This document shows positions 14,801 through 29,305 of a DNA stretch of 64,000 bases, in pieces. Below the pieces are notes generated by a model, which worked only from the letters and a program-made list of their open reading frames with translations, did not search any database and was not told the DNA's origin. How positions within the stretch are numbered: position 1 is the stretch's first letter; each line of letters begins with the position of its first letter. Origin of the DNA: Lama guanicoe (taxonomy: Eukaryota); NCBI GenBank assembly GCA_013239625.1, contig MU056043.1, positions 4,692-68,691 of the forward strand, given 5' to 3'. The position numbers and the translations under genes were made by a program.

Positions 14801-15355
14801 GATGAGGAATTATCTATATGATTATTGGAAAATTACTATGGGCTTGTATAAGTTACTGAAGAAATTTAGGAAAGCCTATAGATTTCACATCTAGAGAATC
14901 TGTTCATTTATCATAATTCTCAGGTGTCTCGTTGTGCAGTAGGTAGCACCTCAGTCTCATAATTCTCAGATAGTTTAACTTTTCAGTGAATAGAACTTTT
15001 CTTAGAGTTATAAGGGTTAGAGGTCATGGAATTCTAAACATCTATTCAATGCAGAAGTCTCTGACAGTTAATAATGCAGATTTTGCATGTCATTTCCAGA
15101 GATGAGGAACTCACTACTTTGTAAGCATAACATTCCATGCCTAATTGAGGATGAGTTTGAATCCTTCCTTTCCGTTATCCTTCTACTCCTCCAATTCAGT
15201 TTATCTCAGAGTCCTATAGAGTAAGTCCTCAATATTTTCTCTCATCTCCATCCCCTTCATTACTCCCCTTTATATGTCCTCATCACTTCCAATTGCATTA
15301 CTGAAATAGCCCAGTCTTCCCAGAGAGTTCTCCTCACCCCTTGCAACCATTAATT

Positions 15356-16304
15356 CATTAATTCACTTTTTTTCTGATCTTATTACCTTTAATGACTTTT
15401 TATTGAAGCATAATTGATTTGCAATATTGTGCTAGTTTCTGGTGTACAGCATAGTGATTCAGTGTTATATTATACATATATATATATTCTTTTTCAGATT
15501 CTTTTCCATGATAGTTTATTATAAGATGTTGAATATAGTTCCTTGTGCTATACAGTAGGTTCTTGTTGTTTATCTGTTTTGTATATAGTAGTTTGTATCT
15601 GCTAATCCCAAACTCCTAATTTTTTCCTTCCCAACCTTTCCCCTTTGGTAACCATATGCTTGTTTTTTATGTCTAAGAGTCTCTGTTTTGTAAATAAGTT
15701 TATTTGTACCATTTTTTAAATTCCACATATAAGTGATATATGATATTTGTCCTTCTCTGTCTGACATTCTTCACTTAGTATGATGATCTATAGGTCCATC
15801 CAGGTTACTACAAATGGCATTATTTCATTCTTTTTTATGGCTGAATTATATATATATATACACACACCCCAACTTCTTTATCCAATCATCTGTCAGTGGA
15901 CGTTTAGGTTCCTTCCATGTCTGAGCTATTGTAAGTAGTGCTGCTATGAACATTGGGACGCATGTGTCTTTTTGAATTAGAGTTTTTTCTGTATATGTGC
16001 CTAGGAGCAGTATTGCTGGATCATATGGTAAGCGTATTTTTAGTTTTTTATGAGATCTCTATACTGTTTTCCATAGTGGCTGCACCAAATTACATTCCTA
16101 CCAACAATACAGGAGGGCTCCCTTTTCTCCACACCGTCTCCAGCATTAATTGTTGGACATTTTAAAGATGGTGTGTGACGATACCTCATTGTAGTGTTGA
16201 TTTGCTTTACATTTCTCTAATAATTAGCAATGTTGAGCATCTTTTCATGTGCCTATTGGCCACTTGTATATCTTCTTTGGAGAACTGTCTATTTAGGTCT
16301 TCTG
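15356..16304 (-). mobile_element. 5'-truncated L1 (cetartiodactyl-type 3' end) with 13-bp TSD
   Basis: L1 3'UTR and ORF2-end motifs; direct repeat GCAACCATTAATT at 15343-15355 and 16305-16317. Confidence 0.92.
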
Positions 16305-18498
16305 GCAACCATTAATTTATAATGCTATCAGAGTAGTTTTTAAAACTGGACATCTGCTTCTGTCACCTGCTGCTTTAAACCAGACTTCTTGACATAAAGG
16401 ATAGTGAGAATGTATATAACAGAAAGAGATGGCAAAGCATATACAAGAGAAGCATCAGCATGATGGGAGGAAAGAAAGACACTTTATACTTAAGAAAATG
16501 AGAGAAGTAAAAACATTACAATATTTAGTTAGAATAGGACTACCTCAAAAAACAGTAAAAGGAATATGGAAGGCCACAAATGCATGCTATAATATCAGCA
16601 GAATCCTGGTAGCTCAAAGAGAATTTCACATGACCAAACCAAAATGATGACATTTTCATCCTTTTTGGTAGATATTTAGTGTGGAAGTGTTCTTGTTGTC
16701 CTAGAAACAAGGCACTACTACTTGGGAAAGTTAATTTTTGCTGTGATAAATTCTTTGATGGTGGAGTGGCTTCATACAATTTGTGCTGAAACAACAAATT
16801 TACCAAGCATAAAAAATTAAATTAAAAAAGTAGATGAATAAAATAAGAACTGACTTGAAAATGGCCAAACACACTTTACTCAATGCAGGGATTGTGTGAT
16901 GGTAGCAGAGCATTAGAAAAAGGCTAGAATTTGGAACCGAGAAAGCCAGAGTGCAGGGGAGGGGAGTCTTGACAAGGCAAGGGACTTAGCCATCAGGACA
17001 TTTTTTTTTTTAAGAAATAGGCATCCTTAAAGTTCAAGATGAGCCCATGAGGTCAGAAACTAAGCAACAAGCAAGCAGAAGTGAGTATGAATAGATGTGA
17101 GAAGGAAGTCTAATCATTGGGTCAGAAACTGAGGAGGCGAGCAGAAGATGTAGGGGACACAGTTACTGGAGTTCAGAGAGCTAGGGACAAAGAGTGGTTA
17201 CTAGTATGGTAACTGGCAAAGAGTGAGAACCTGGGGGCCATAGATTTCAGAAGAGAAAGGTAAAGCAGATAGTCAGAACTTGCCTGGTGGTCTGGAACCA
17301 GAAAATTCCTAACAACTGGGTGAGTAGAGTAAGTATAACACTTTGATTATGTGAAAAACTGTCTCCAGAAGTCTCTCCATCATTACTATAAAGACATTTC
17401 TTAAAGAAATCAGTATTTCTAGGTCTCATAGTGTAGAAATAGGAAGATGCACCTGAGCAGACACAGCTTACTGTCAGGTTTTCATGGATAATCATTCAAT
17501 AATTTTATCTACGATATTTCAAAGTTGGTGTACCCTCCCTGTCTCTGCTACAAAGTGACTCCTTATCTGTCATCTCAGCCCTATCACTAGAAAATCATCT
17601 AAACTATTTCCCATGTAACTATGATTTACAATTGCGTTTTCCCTTTCAATTCACTCACTTGATTTTTCGTATTCTGATGACATTTTCATACCTGTTAGGT
17701 TATGCCCTCAACTTAACTAAATGAGGTATTTTACTTGAACGACTAGTTTCAACTATGAGCCAGTGAATCCCCAATACCTATTCCTGAATAACATCTGAAG
17801 CAGATTCTGTAACTTTCTGGGAACTTTCGACTATGAAAACTTTGTAAAAAGATTTCCCCTCCCCCTCACTGTCTCTGTGTACTTTTTCTCCCTTCCTCCC
17901 TCCCCTCTCAGAGCTATGACTCTTCCAGTATTAAGGACAGAGAGGATGGAGGAGGGGAAAAGGGCAAAATCTCTTTTCTTGGCTAGATTCTACTGCAAGC
18001 CCTTTTGAAAGTTGATGCCTTCAGCATGGCAGACATCCAAATACTGAATGTCTTGTAGGTACATGTGGGAACGTTTGGAAGAGCCCGGCGGGGCCATTGG
18101 TCGGAACTGGTACCGATACACCACTAGCTAGAAGGCAGGATTCTGGCTTGACACAGGGTTCAGTTCTGGCTTCCTGCCTCCCTGAGGTCTAGCCACATCT
18201 TCTATCATTAAAACTCCAAGCTTGTAGATTTATAACTTATTTTCTGGTTCACTAATTCCCTGAGCTGATATCTGCTTACTGCACCCTGGCTGTTCTACTT
18301 CTGAGTTCTCTATTTCCACTACTGCAGATTTTTTCTTTGTTTGCACTTAGCTGTATATTAATACTGCTTGCTATGTTTTTCCTAGTGTTTACACACCACA
18401 CATACACATGCATTTGGGGAACGGGGTTGCGTAATGCAGTAGATCTGAAGAAGGGTTCTAATATGTGAATTCTGAAAAATGCTCACCGAATGAGTCTG

Positions 18499-18881
18499 TG
18501 GTATGGATGGAATTGTATCCTCCCCACCCCAAATTCATATGTTGAAGCTCTAACCCCCAATGTAGATATAGGGCATTTGTGGAGGTAATTAAGGGTTAAA
18601 TAAGATCATAAGGGTGGGACCCTCATCCCACAGGACTGGGGTCATTATAAGAAGAGGAAGAAACACCAGAGATCCTTTTCCTCCATGCACGCACACAGAG
18701 GAAAAGTCATGTGAGGACACAGCAAGAAGGTAGCTGTCTACAAGCCAGGAAGAAAGGACTCACCGAAACCAACCTTTAAGGCACCTTGACCTTGGACTTC
18801 TAACCTGTGAACTGGATGAATATAAAGTTCTGTTCCTTAAGCCATCCAGCCTGTGGCATTTTATTACAGCAGACTAATACA
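18499..18881 (+). mobile_element. MLT1 (MaLR) solo LTR with 5-bp TSD
   Basis: TG...CA termini (tggtatgg...gactaataca), MLT1A/B motifs (aaattcatatgttgaagc.ctaaccccca; ccttggacttc; ttaagcca.ccag); GTCTG on both sides (18494-18498, 18882-18886). Confidence 0.9.
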
Positions 18882-19464
18882 GTCTGATTATCAGTGCCCA
18901 TGTCCATGCCTACTGAGGAGCTCTGCACCAGACCCCCTTGAACTCTTAACAACTGTAACCACAGTGGGAAATCTGACAGTCAATATTGTGTGGACCTATA
19001 TTGCTATAAAATTGTACTCTAAATTTGCCTGGGCCTTGGATAACATTTTCTTTGCTCTTGCTCATCCTTCAGTTTCTTTAATCAATCCATTCCATTCCTT
19101 ACTTAGCCTTACTCTGTTTCGGCTGATGACTATAGGAACTGCTGTTATATCAGGAATATTGAGATGACATTTTTGAGCCTGTGTCATCCTTCCTCTAAAC
19201 TTAAACTTTTTTTTTCCTTTTTCTTCTACATCAGAAAAGAGGTGTTTCTCTTTCTTTTCAAGGTGAATCCCCTCTGTTTTAGATCCTCCCTTCTCCTGAC
19301 CTCTGCACATGCTGCCCAGCATTTTCAGCTTCCCTCCTTTGACCCCTTCCTCTCTGCCATCAAAAACGCATAAATCAAAAAATTGACTTTCAGTGACTTG
19401 GTTTTTTTTTTTTTTTTAAAGTGACTTGGTTTTTGATGTCTGGTAAATTGGCTTTTTTCCAATA

Positions 19465-19671
19465 CGACTGATCCTTGAACAACCCAAGTCTGGGTCCACT
19501 TGTATGTGGATTTTTTTCAGTACCATTTTTTCTGTACCATTCTCAGTTGGTTGACTCCAAGGATTCAGAACCTCTTGTGCAGAGGGAGGGCTGACTGTAA
19601 AGTTATAGACAGATTTTCAGCTGCCAGGAGGGTGGCCGCCCCTAAACCCTGTGTTGTTCAAGGGTCAACTG
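19465..19671. mobile_element. Tigger2-derived MITE (MER8-like)
   Basis: Terminal inverted repeats (ctgatccttgaacaac / gttgttcaagggtcaactg) flanked by TA. Confidence 0.8.
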
Positions 19672-22600
19672 TATTTCTATCTGGAAGAAAAAAAATGATC
19701 CTTAAACAAGTTCCCTCAGGTCACAAGAATAAAAGAACAAGGCAGTGGATATAAATTTAGAATTCATTATTGAAGAGGTGATAGTTCATTTATTTATTCA
19801 TATCAAACTAATTTAATTTTATGCACCCATTATGTGCCAGATCTTAATAGAGGTAGCATGTAATAAGTGTTAATAAATGTTTCTTTGTGTAAAAGAATAG
19901 ATGAATTACTTACCTTGATGATAATGCCTCCTAAATAGATATATTTCATGTTTTCTTTCCTTAGTAAGATGAGAGGATATTTGTCAAGATCAACAAATGT
20001 TTAATGAATAAATTAATGAGTAACACTATCCTTATTCTCAAGGGGCCAAAGTCATGAAAAACGGGTGAACTTTATGAAAGTTAAGATAGAAAGAAATGCT
20101 CAAGTGTAAGAACTTTATTGGAAATAGCCAAGGAAAGAGAAAGAAGAACCAGTGAAGAACACAAAAGAATATCAGGACAAGGGAGGGAAAGAGACCATGA
20201 AGTGCATCAGTTACCTAAAGGCACCATAAAAAATGGAGCTCTTCTAGCTCCCCTCTAAATGGTCCAAATCAGAAGCTCTGCCGCTGTGGCCCCAGGAGCG
20301 TGTGTTGCTAAGCTCACACTAGTAATTCTGCACATTCCTAATATCTTGAAAAACAGAGGAGAAGTTTCAAAGGGAAGGTGGAAAAATTATCTGAAAATAT
20401 AAGCACTAAAAAATCTGAAAAACATGAAGTGTACCACAAATGTGAGAAAATCCTTCTGATTTTCCTATTTTTAGCATAGAAAGATACTGACGTAAGCATA
20501 CACCAGGGATGGTGGAACAGAAAGCCGTAAGCCTGGATTCTTGATGGCTATGTTCAGCAGCTAAATCGATCATACCATCACCTACTTCTGAACTTCTGTT
20601 ATGAGAATAACTCCCTATTCATTACAATAAAGTAAGTAGGGTAAAAATGTATATTCTTGTTTACAGTGCATTGACTTTGTAATAAGAGGGTAAAGAATGA
20701 ATGCTTAAGAATAATAACAGTTACTGAGCATTTACTACACACCAAGTGTTCTGTTCAGAGTTTTGTATAAACAACTCACCAAAACCTCACGACAACCTCC
20801 TATTAGTGGGAAGATACATGAGTTACTCATGGAGGTGAAGGATAACAAAGGTAGTAAATGTATGTTTCATAGATCATGAAAGGATAGGAAAATAGATGTG
20901 GGAAACTTGCTGATTCTCAGGTACATCTGGCATTTCTCCTGCCCATCTTTTGCATTAATTTAAATCTTCTATCTGTTTTGTGGCACAAGTCAAATCCACA
21001 TCCTCCTTTAGGAAATCTTCCTTAACAACATTTAAATAACGTCTTTCCCTTTTTTTGATTCTCTGGAATTTAGATTTAGAGCCATGACCCTATGACCTAG
21101 ATTATACAACATTTGGTGGTAGAAAAAAATGCCTTAGACCTAGAAGAGTACAGGATGTTAAATAATTCCTGTCAAATGATGACATTTAACAGTTTTACAT
21201 TTTTCACCTATAAAAATTTTCCATTATGTGACTTGAAAATTCTTATTTTAGGTTTACCTGTAATCATCTTCATTTAAGTCAGCAAATGTAGTTAATCGGT
21301 TACTAATAGATAACAGTTCTTGTGCTTTTCAGCTAAGTTATGTTTCTCTTCACATCTCTCTCTGGTGACCCAGGTTAATGGAAATTTGAGAACATATGTA
21401 ACTACTGTTTATGAAGCATTAAATATTTTTCTTCTTTTGCCTCCCTACACAAGTCAGTTCTCTTTAGCTTCCTGCAGTGATTAGAACTGACACATTCACA
21501 TGTGTATAGATGCATATTTTGGAAAATACGGTTTTAAAAATATGTTGCTGTTGGTATGTCTCTATTTTGTACTTTTGCTAGAGGCATGTGACAGAATTCT
21601 TGAGGAAATAAAGATCCCAGTGTTTCCCTTTACACTCAATTACATTGAGAATTTTAGAAAGCTATCTCCATGAGTTATACAGGACTAGTTCATATTGAAT
21701 TGATCAGCTTACCAGAAAAGATGTCAGTAGTTTAGATTTATGCCCCTAAAAGGAATATACTTTAATAGTTTACAAAATACATTACTCTGAATACATGGCC
21801 TATCTTCAAACAGTGTTAACATCCCAAAGAGTAACTGGCCATAGGATTTAAATACGTTTATAAATTTGCTTTGGAACTAAAAAAGATATTCAAAACTTAT
21901 TAAAGTACATTTGTAAGATTAAATATTTAAAAATAAATTGAATTATTATATTATTATGCAGTGATATATCACTGGATCAATTAAATCCATGGAATAAGTG
22001 AGTTCTAAGATTAAAAGGATTTGGTTTTATCATATACAGTGGCATCTTCAAATTTAAGTATCATTTTTTAGGAAATGCTAATTAAGCAATCAAATATTTT
22101 CTTGATTTTTACGATTAAAAATATGCCATTAAGATTTCAGTGCTAAACTTCTGGGAGAAAAAAATGAGTTTCCTAATGTAATGTGTACAGTTATTTATAT
22201 ATTGCTTTCTACTTGAAGAATGAAAATATAAAAATCAGACTACACAGTACAATCATCTTGACTATGACAGCAAAAATATCTTATTGTATGTGACTCACAT
22301 TTCATTAAAATGCATATAAATATGTTCTGGGATATATGTGTATATAATCTACATAAATGAAAACTCTATTGAAATCATGTTCTGAAATGAAGATGCTGAG
22401 TAATTTTTCATGAACACAACACTTTAAGAGAGTATATTTTATTATCTGGAACTTCAGTAAATCCACAAAGTGAACAGATTCTAGTTTAATCTATTACCCA
22501 TTTTGCTAGTGCACTATAGCAATGAGTCATATATTACGTTAATGTCAAATTCTTGATTAAAGTAGAATACATAATTCAATTTTCTACTGCGACTTCCTTG

Positions 22601-23025
22601 GAGGAAAAGTTGGACGAGAGCCAGTGATTCTTAAATGTCTCTAAGCCGTTTTGAAGTTAATCTGTTCTTCTGTTAAGAAGTTTTCAAATACTGTCAGGAA
22701 GGGCTATTGTACCCACCGACCAATTTCTTAACAGTGATTATAGAGGAAAAATGGTGCTATCTTGCCCGGTGCTAATTTTGCATGTCAAGGGCACAGCTCA
22801 AAAGGTTGGTAGTGTTTGACCTGGTAAGACACATAAATTGATAGGTATAATTTTTTTCAACAGGGTTAACTTTTAATTTTTTGCTTTTTAAACTTTTTAC
22901 ATATTTTGTTTCTAATCCTTCCAAAACATTTTAATATAAACGCTACCAGAGTGAACCTACATAATAAAGTCCTTCGCATATCCTGTTTGCTTTTAGGAAG
23001 ATGTTATTAACATTAATTTTTCCAG

Positions 23026-23169
23026 TCCTGGAGCTAAGAGAAAGGAGGAGCCTCTGCAGAGCTTATCTTTTGTTCTGATGAAGTGGTACTGAAAACACTG
23101 ACAAGGTCTCTCGAAGAGCCGCGACGGCAAGTTGCAGAAATAAGACGAAGATGGAGCACGATGTCATAG
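23026..23169 (+). other. Candidate upstream non-coding exon
   Basis: Acceptor aatttttccAG (23024-25) and donor tag|GTAAGA (23170); all three frames from the acceptor are closed. Confidence 0.3.
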
Positions 23170-24469
23170 GTAAGACACGAATCTTTACACACGTATGTAT
23201 GCGTGTGAAGGAAAAACCACCTTGTCACTCCAGCGGTTTCTTTCTTATTAACTTGCAAAGTCTATTGAAGGTTGGGGCAAAGCCGGTCACCTTTCAGCGT
23301 ATCAGTCTCAGCATGTTACCCTGTGTTTTGTTTTGTTTTCATTTTCTTTTCATCCCAGGAAAGGTCCTGGTTTGAGATGCTACAAGTGAACTAAAAGAGC
23401 CAACAGCTTGGCATAGGTAGAAAAAGCAAACTCAAAACGAAAACACGGGGACTCTGAGCGCGGATCCTGAGAGGCCTGCCTGCACCGGCCCAACGCCTGC
23501 GTTAACCCTTTAGGCGCTGCAACGGGGATCCCTGGAGTCTACAGGCCGACTAGCAGGAACAGAGGTGGGGAGCCGGGGCCCGTTGGGGGTGTGGGCTGTC
23601 CTCCCCAAGGAGGCACTTCTGTCGTCCGGCGCCTGGTCAGGGCCCAGGATAGGCACAGAGTCCGTACAGAGTGGAGGAGAGACGCGGCGAGGAACCGCTC
23701 AAATGTCCGCAGACGCAGGCGTCAGCTTAACCTGTCCTCGCCAGGAGTGCTCGCTCGCCGAGTCCACCCGCCCAGCTCAGGGGCTCTGGAGGGGCGCAGG
23801 CCCGGGGGTGGCTCGGGCGGGGCCCCAGGTGAAGGGCGCCCGAGTTCGCCTGTGGCAGTCATCGCTCTCCAGCCTCCACAGTCGCGGGAGCCGCCCGGAC
23901 CCGCACCGAAACAGCAGCTGTGACTGACGAAGTCACCGCCCGGCGCGCCCGAGCCCCCCCGCCCCCCTCCTCCCTCCNNNNNNNNNNNNNNNNNNNNNNN
24001 NNNNNNNNNNNNNNNNNNNNNNNNNNNNNNNNNNNNNNNNNNNNNNNNNNNNNNNNNNNNNNNNNNNNNNNNNNNNNNNNNNNNNNNNNNNNNNNNNNNN
24101 NNNNNNNNNCCTCCGTCATGGAAACACGGACGTCAGAGCCTCTTAGCCAATCCCTGGCAGCGGCCGGAGAAAAGGTGCGAGCGGGAGGGGGCGGGGGCAG
24201 CGGCCGGCCGAGGCGTTAGGCGAAGGAAGAGAGGGAGGGGCGCGCGGAGGCGCGAGTCCCCCCGCCCCTCACTCGGGCCACCCTTTCTCCACCCCGCAGC
24301 AAGTTCTAGTCGCCGGGGGCGCGCTCGACTTGCCGGCGGCGCGCTCGCCGGGGCCTCCCCTTAAACGTCCTCTCCGCGCCGCTCGGCCCTAGTCTCCGTC
24401 GCAGCCGCGCTTCCTCCGCGCGCGCGTGCCTGCCCGCCCCCAGGCTCCCCGCGGGCCGCGTCACGTGAT

Positions 24470-24580
24470 TGCGCCTAGCCAAGGCGGCGGCGGCGGCAGT
24501 GGCAATGGCACTTGCTGCGCCGCCAGCGTGGAGCGGGAGACGTGAGGGTGTGGAGAAAAGGGAGCGCCAGACCGGAACGG
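24470..24580 (+). other. Putative first exon 1a (5'UTR with GGC repeat); start approximate
   Basis: (GGC)5 at 24483-24497 just downstream of the E-box; donor cgg|GTGAGT at 24581, conserved in the duplicate. Confidence 0.6.
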
Positions 24581-24907
24581 GTGAGTTCTCCTCCCCTGTC
24601 TCCCCCGGCAGTCTTGCGGGCCACCCGGTGCAAACGGGGCCCCTGCCCGAAACTACGCGAAGCCCCCTTGTGCTCGACTATCCGCTTCCCGGGGGCCGCG
24701 GGCCTCGCCTCTGGCGGACCGGGCTGCGGTGCTCACGAAGGGGCTGCACCCCGCCCGCTGCTGCTGTTGCGGACGGCGTCGTGAGGCCTTGGTGAGCGCT
24801 GCGCGCCCTGTGTGCGGCTCTGCGGAGCCGAGGAGGCGGGTCCTGTGGGGACTCGGGCGGCCGCTCTGCGGCTGCCGGTCTCTGGGCGTGGGGCCGGGCC
24901 GGGCGCC

Positions 24908-24960
24908 GCCTCCTCCTCCGCCGCCGCCGCCGCCGCCGCCGTCGCCGCCGCCGCCTCCTC
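24908..24960. repeat. Imperfect (CCG)n/(CCT)n tract
   Basis: Directly visible. Confidence 0.9.
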
Positions 24961-25207
24961 TTAGTGCAGCGTGAGTAGGGAACCCCGGCTGGTGGACGCC
25001 GAGCCTCTCGGCTCCACGGCTGCCTCATCCCCGAGGTGCAACCGAACCGCCGCGTGGCGCCCGGAGTCCTGCGAGCCTCCTTCCGACGCGCAGAGGACCG
25101 AGCCCCCTTTCTCTGCGCTTCCCGCTGTCCTCACCGCCCCCTCTCCCGGCCCTCCTGCAGCCTCCCCTTCTTTCCTCCTCAGAAAATGGTTCCTGCTGCT
25201 GGGCGAA
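24920..25207 (+). other. Putative alternative first exon 1b; start approximate
   Basis: Donor gaa|GTGAGT at 25208; aaaATGG in good Kozak context at 25186 (MVPAAGR, then splice). Confidence 0.5.
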
Positions 25208-28200
25208 GTGAGTGTCGTCCGCCGCCCGCCCGCGGCGGGGTCTGCGGGGCAGGTCACCTGCGAGGGAGGCCGGGCGGAACAGTGAGGTCGGGGCGGCGCG
25301 GCGGGGATCCTGACAGCTGGGTGTTCCGCGGACTACGCGGATTCCGGAGAAGTTGGCAGGGGCGTTCGGGGGGGGCCCTTGCAGGTGGTCTCCCGCCGTG
25401 CCTGCCTCGGGAAACCGTAAAGGTGAGCGGGTTCTTATGCGTGCGCCCCAGCGCTGGGTCCGGCCAGTTGTCTCCGCCCGGGGCCCGAGGGACGGGGCTC
25501 GGTGGTGGGACTTCGCGTCTGCACCCGCAGTTCTTTGGCTTCTACCAGCCTCCTCGGCCGCGCCATAGCCCATCCTGCCGCCGGTCGCCCCCGCCCCGGC
25601 GCCTGGTGACCTCGAGGGCAGCGGTGCCCAACACTGTTTCCCCGCGCCCCGGGAGGGTCACCCCTCTAATCCCCGGCTTCGGCCCCACTGGCGCTCCGCA
25701 GGCGGAGAGTGGGGCCCGCGTTGGCCCCCAGCCCGGACCGGTTGATTGATGCGTGTCACACCGGACGGTGATTCCCTGAGAGTTGGCGAATTGCCTCGCC
25801 TTTCTCCCGGCGTCTCCTGTCTGGCCCCCCAGGATGTTCACGGTTGCTTCCTATTCGCTTTTTTGGACTTAGTTTAAAAGAAAGGGAGGGGGAAAAAAAA
25901 CACAACCCTGCGTCCGCCACTTCTTTTTGGGAAGGATCAGTAAGAAAGAACCACATTCCATTTGTGGTGTTGCGGGGTGTGCTCCCTTTATTCCTTCCTG
26001 CGGGAGAATCCGGTGGCTAAGCTAGTAAGCGACCCCTGGTCTGCGCCGCGGTCACTAGCCAGGTTGGTCTCTGTGCGCACTTCATTCACCAGTTTTCTGC
26101 GGGACTCGCAGCGCTGGGAGTACTCGCATCCTGTGCGGTGCAGCGGTGCTTGGCGCGGAAGGAAGGGCGAGAGGTGCAGAGGGGTTCTTTAAATATGCGG
26201 AGGGGTCGACCGATCTCTGCGGGCGTGTATTTGCCTTTCCTGGGGTTAGAGCGCAGCAGACAGCCACCTTTCGCTATGCGTAAGCTGTGCATGCTACTTT
26301 TCTGGGTTTCTTAATCATCTAATGGCTTCTGTTGGTATCGACTGCTGTTCATGATAAATTAGTTATGTGGATTTTTGTTCATATGAGTGTGGATATCTGC
26401 ATATATGTGGACCGTCCGCCTTTCAACATGGAAGCCTTTGTTGTGTTTAACCTCCCCCACCTGAAGACAGTCTTACTTTAAGATAAAGCTCTTGTTCAGT
26501 GTGGGTGTATTTTATAATAAGTGCTTGCAAAAGGATCTGCTTTGTATGAGGCTTTCTTCGGGGAGAGGGTGTGTAACCCTTTGGATGGTGGCCCACGTGA
26601 GTGAATGAAGGGCCTTCACTGCTTGCCCTCCTGCCAGCCTTCCCCAGACTCCCTGTTCATTGTGTGTGGCAGAGGCGGATTGGGGGAATTAGAGGGATTG
26701 GAGGAGAATCTGCCTCTTGTACTTGAGCGTTTCACTTGGATCTCCCTCGCCCCCTTTTTCTTTTCTTTTCTTTTTTGTCCTGGTGAGCTCAAATTTGAAG
26801 TAAATGAAACATTTTCCTTAAAGGGCATATTTGAAAAACTAGTATATGAAATGGGTTTGATTTGGCCGTGATTTCAGGGGGATGTTTTAGTAGAGTCTAC
26901 CTTACTTCGCATGAGACAGTTAAATTGCTGTAATTAAGGGTGGATCTCTCATGATTTTGGCTTGGGTGTAACTTTGAAAAGTAACTGTTGTTTCCTACCA
27001 TATAATCTGCCAAAGTGACTCACAATCGGGTGAGTTGAGGACAGAGCGCCACCTTTAAAATTTCGGCATTTTCTTTTATTAAAATGGTGAAAATTCAGAG
27101 TACGCCTTCTTGATTTTTATTGCAATTGTCTTTACTGGCCACCCCCATTTAGATGCATAAGGTGAAATTGTCTTCATTTTCTTGTATTCTGTAATTCCTC
27201 ACTCTGAAGGTGGGATTTCTGCATTTGTATGGGAAATCATGGTTTTTTAATGGAAGCTTAAAATTTAATCTAGAACTCTTGAGATGAAGTAATAAACTAG
27301 ATTTGATTTGTGCTTATAATAAAACAGTGGGGGCAAAGATGGTGTGGATCTACTTAGGAAAAGAAGTAAGGAAAGTAATAGCTTCATCATAAATAGATGT
27401 TTATTTAAAACTAGCCATCGCCACTAAGTTAGGGTACCTACCAGCATGATAGTGGTTTTATAAATGTTTTTAGCTTCAAGTGCAATTAGCAGATTCTAAA
27501 GTAAACATGCAAAAAATTAAGCTTGTTTGAATAAAGTATAGTAATTCTTTTTTTGCTTTTCATCTTCCGACAGCTTTCCTTTTATGGTTTGTGAGTTTTA
27601 CAATTGTTTTTAAATAATACAAATGAGGACTTCCAGCTGGAGTACTTACACTCAAAGTTGTTGAAGACCATATTGGAAAAAGTGGTTTCTGTGTATGGCT
27701 CTTCTCAAATGTATCTCATATAAAAATAAATGGAGTTTTTAATGCTTAGAAAACAAATGCTGTAGTGACAGCTGAATGGGTGAAATTTCTTTCCTTGCCC
27801 ACTTGTTCTCTCCTGCCCGTCTCCCCCCAATATCAAAAATTTAAGGTACTCTAACTCTTTAGACACAGGGTACTTTTTGATGATTATGACTGCAGGTGTA
27901 ACATAAAGAAAAAAAGATTTAGCTTTTCAAGTAATGAATAAATTAATGTGTGGATATTACCCAAATATAGTTTTAATTACAAACCACAAGATAGTACCGT
28001 TTCTGTCTGCATTTGAGTTTTAATTCCGCACTTGCAGTTTTTACATAGACTTTCGTGCGCATAAGCTATTGAACTATAGATAGTTTTATTAAACTAAAAA
28101 ATCCGCTTGAGATGAAAGGTGGTTTATGCTCGTCAATCTGTAGAATATGGTCCCAGGTTAAAGGACATTATTTGAGCAATTAGGTTGATGTATGCAGAGT

Positions 28201-29079
28201 GATTACATATCATTATGCACACTTTGATAGAATCCTTGTTTTGTGGGTTACTTTTACCAGTTTCTTCTGACAAATTAACTTTGTTTTGGATGAAACATTC
28301 TCTTACCATGTGAATTGAATTGCTTAGGTCAACAAGTTTTAAGAGGAATGGCTAATTAAACCATTGGTGGTCGTTAGTAACAGGAAAGTGTCCCTTTTTT
28401 CCTTACGTTTTTACACATGCATACAATTGAAACTGGTCATTTTCACTTTTTAAATCTGGAATTTTGTAATGAATGAGATCAGGAAGCAGAAACTTAAGAA
28501 CTGAATTTTTGCAGCTTGGGTAAGAGTATTGCCCAGTTGAAAGGGAATAACTATTTTCTAGTAAGTATCATGATGTATAGAAGGGCACTGTGAGAGTAGC
28601 TTATTTTGGAATATATAGAATCTGAAGTAACGTTGAAGGAAAATGATACAATAGTTAAGGGAAAAATTTTCCCCAAAAACTTTAAAAGATTTATTTTTTA
28701 GCTTTTATAAATGTTTTAGGTACACACACATACATCATTGCCTTGTTAAAATTTTTTATTGTGGAAATTGTACAACATGTCAAAGTAGAGAGAATAATAT
28801 ACTTACTGACCAGTTTTGACAGTTAACAATTCATGGTGCATCTAATTACATTTCTGTTTTTACACAAGAAATAGGTCTATATAAATGGGAACATAGGGCA
28901 GATAATTGAATTGAATTCCTATGTTTTATATTTGTAATTTATAGGATTTACACAATAATGTCCAATATCTAATTGCATCCGAAAGATCAATTGTTATGTT
29001 CATTGTTTCTGTGATAGCCTGTTTTACAGCAGGCACCTAAAGACAATGTCTCTTAAATTTTAATAATGCCTTTGATTTA

Positions 29080-29305
29080 AAAAATGCTTTACAGTATTAT
29101 AGAATGTATTAAATACTATCTCATTTGATTTTCACAATAACTGTTTCTGTGAAGTGAGTAAAATAGATAGCTGTGCCTTCCTTTTTCTTAGGTAGGTGAA
29201 ATAATTTGTGTAGGCCCTAAGGTCATAGAATTTGGCCAGCAGCTGGATTAGCCAGAACTGAACTCTAGGTGGCTTCTAGGTTTTGCTTCATTGCTCTTTA
29301 CATTA
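29080..29305 (-). mobile_element. MIR remnant
   Basis: atctcatttgattttcacaataac...aaggtcatag...agaactgaactctagg. Confidence 0.6.

Larger units (their letters stand above)
23450..26300 (+). promoter_or_regulatory. CpG-island promoter of an unidentified gene
   Basis: Very high GC/CpG; GACGTCA (24129-35), CCAAT (24147-51), GC boxes, GTCACGTGA E-box (24460-68); followed by AT-rich intron-like DNA. Confidence 0.92.

Noticed and set aside
25186..25207. MVPAAGR equals the TXNDC15 N-terminus as I recall it
   Set aside because: The following sequence does not continue as TXNDC15 and a donor follows immediately; treated as coincidence
23565..26292. Many overlapping ORFs up to 237 aa in the CpG island, including poly-Arg/poly-Pro
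   Set aside because: Expected from GC-rich, stop-poor DNA and the CCG repeat; no recognisable protein
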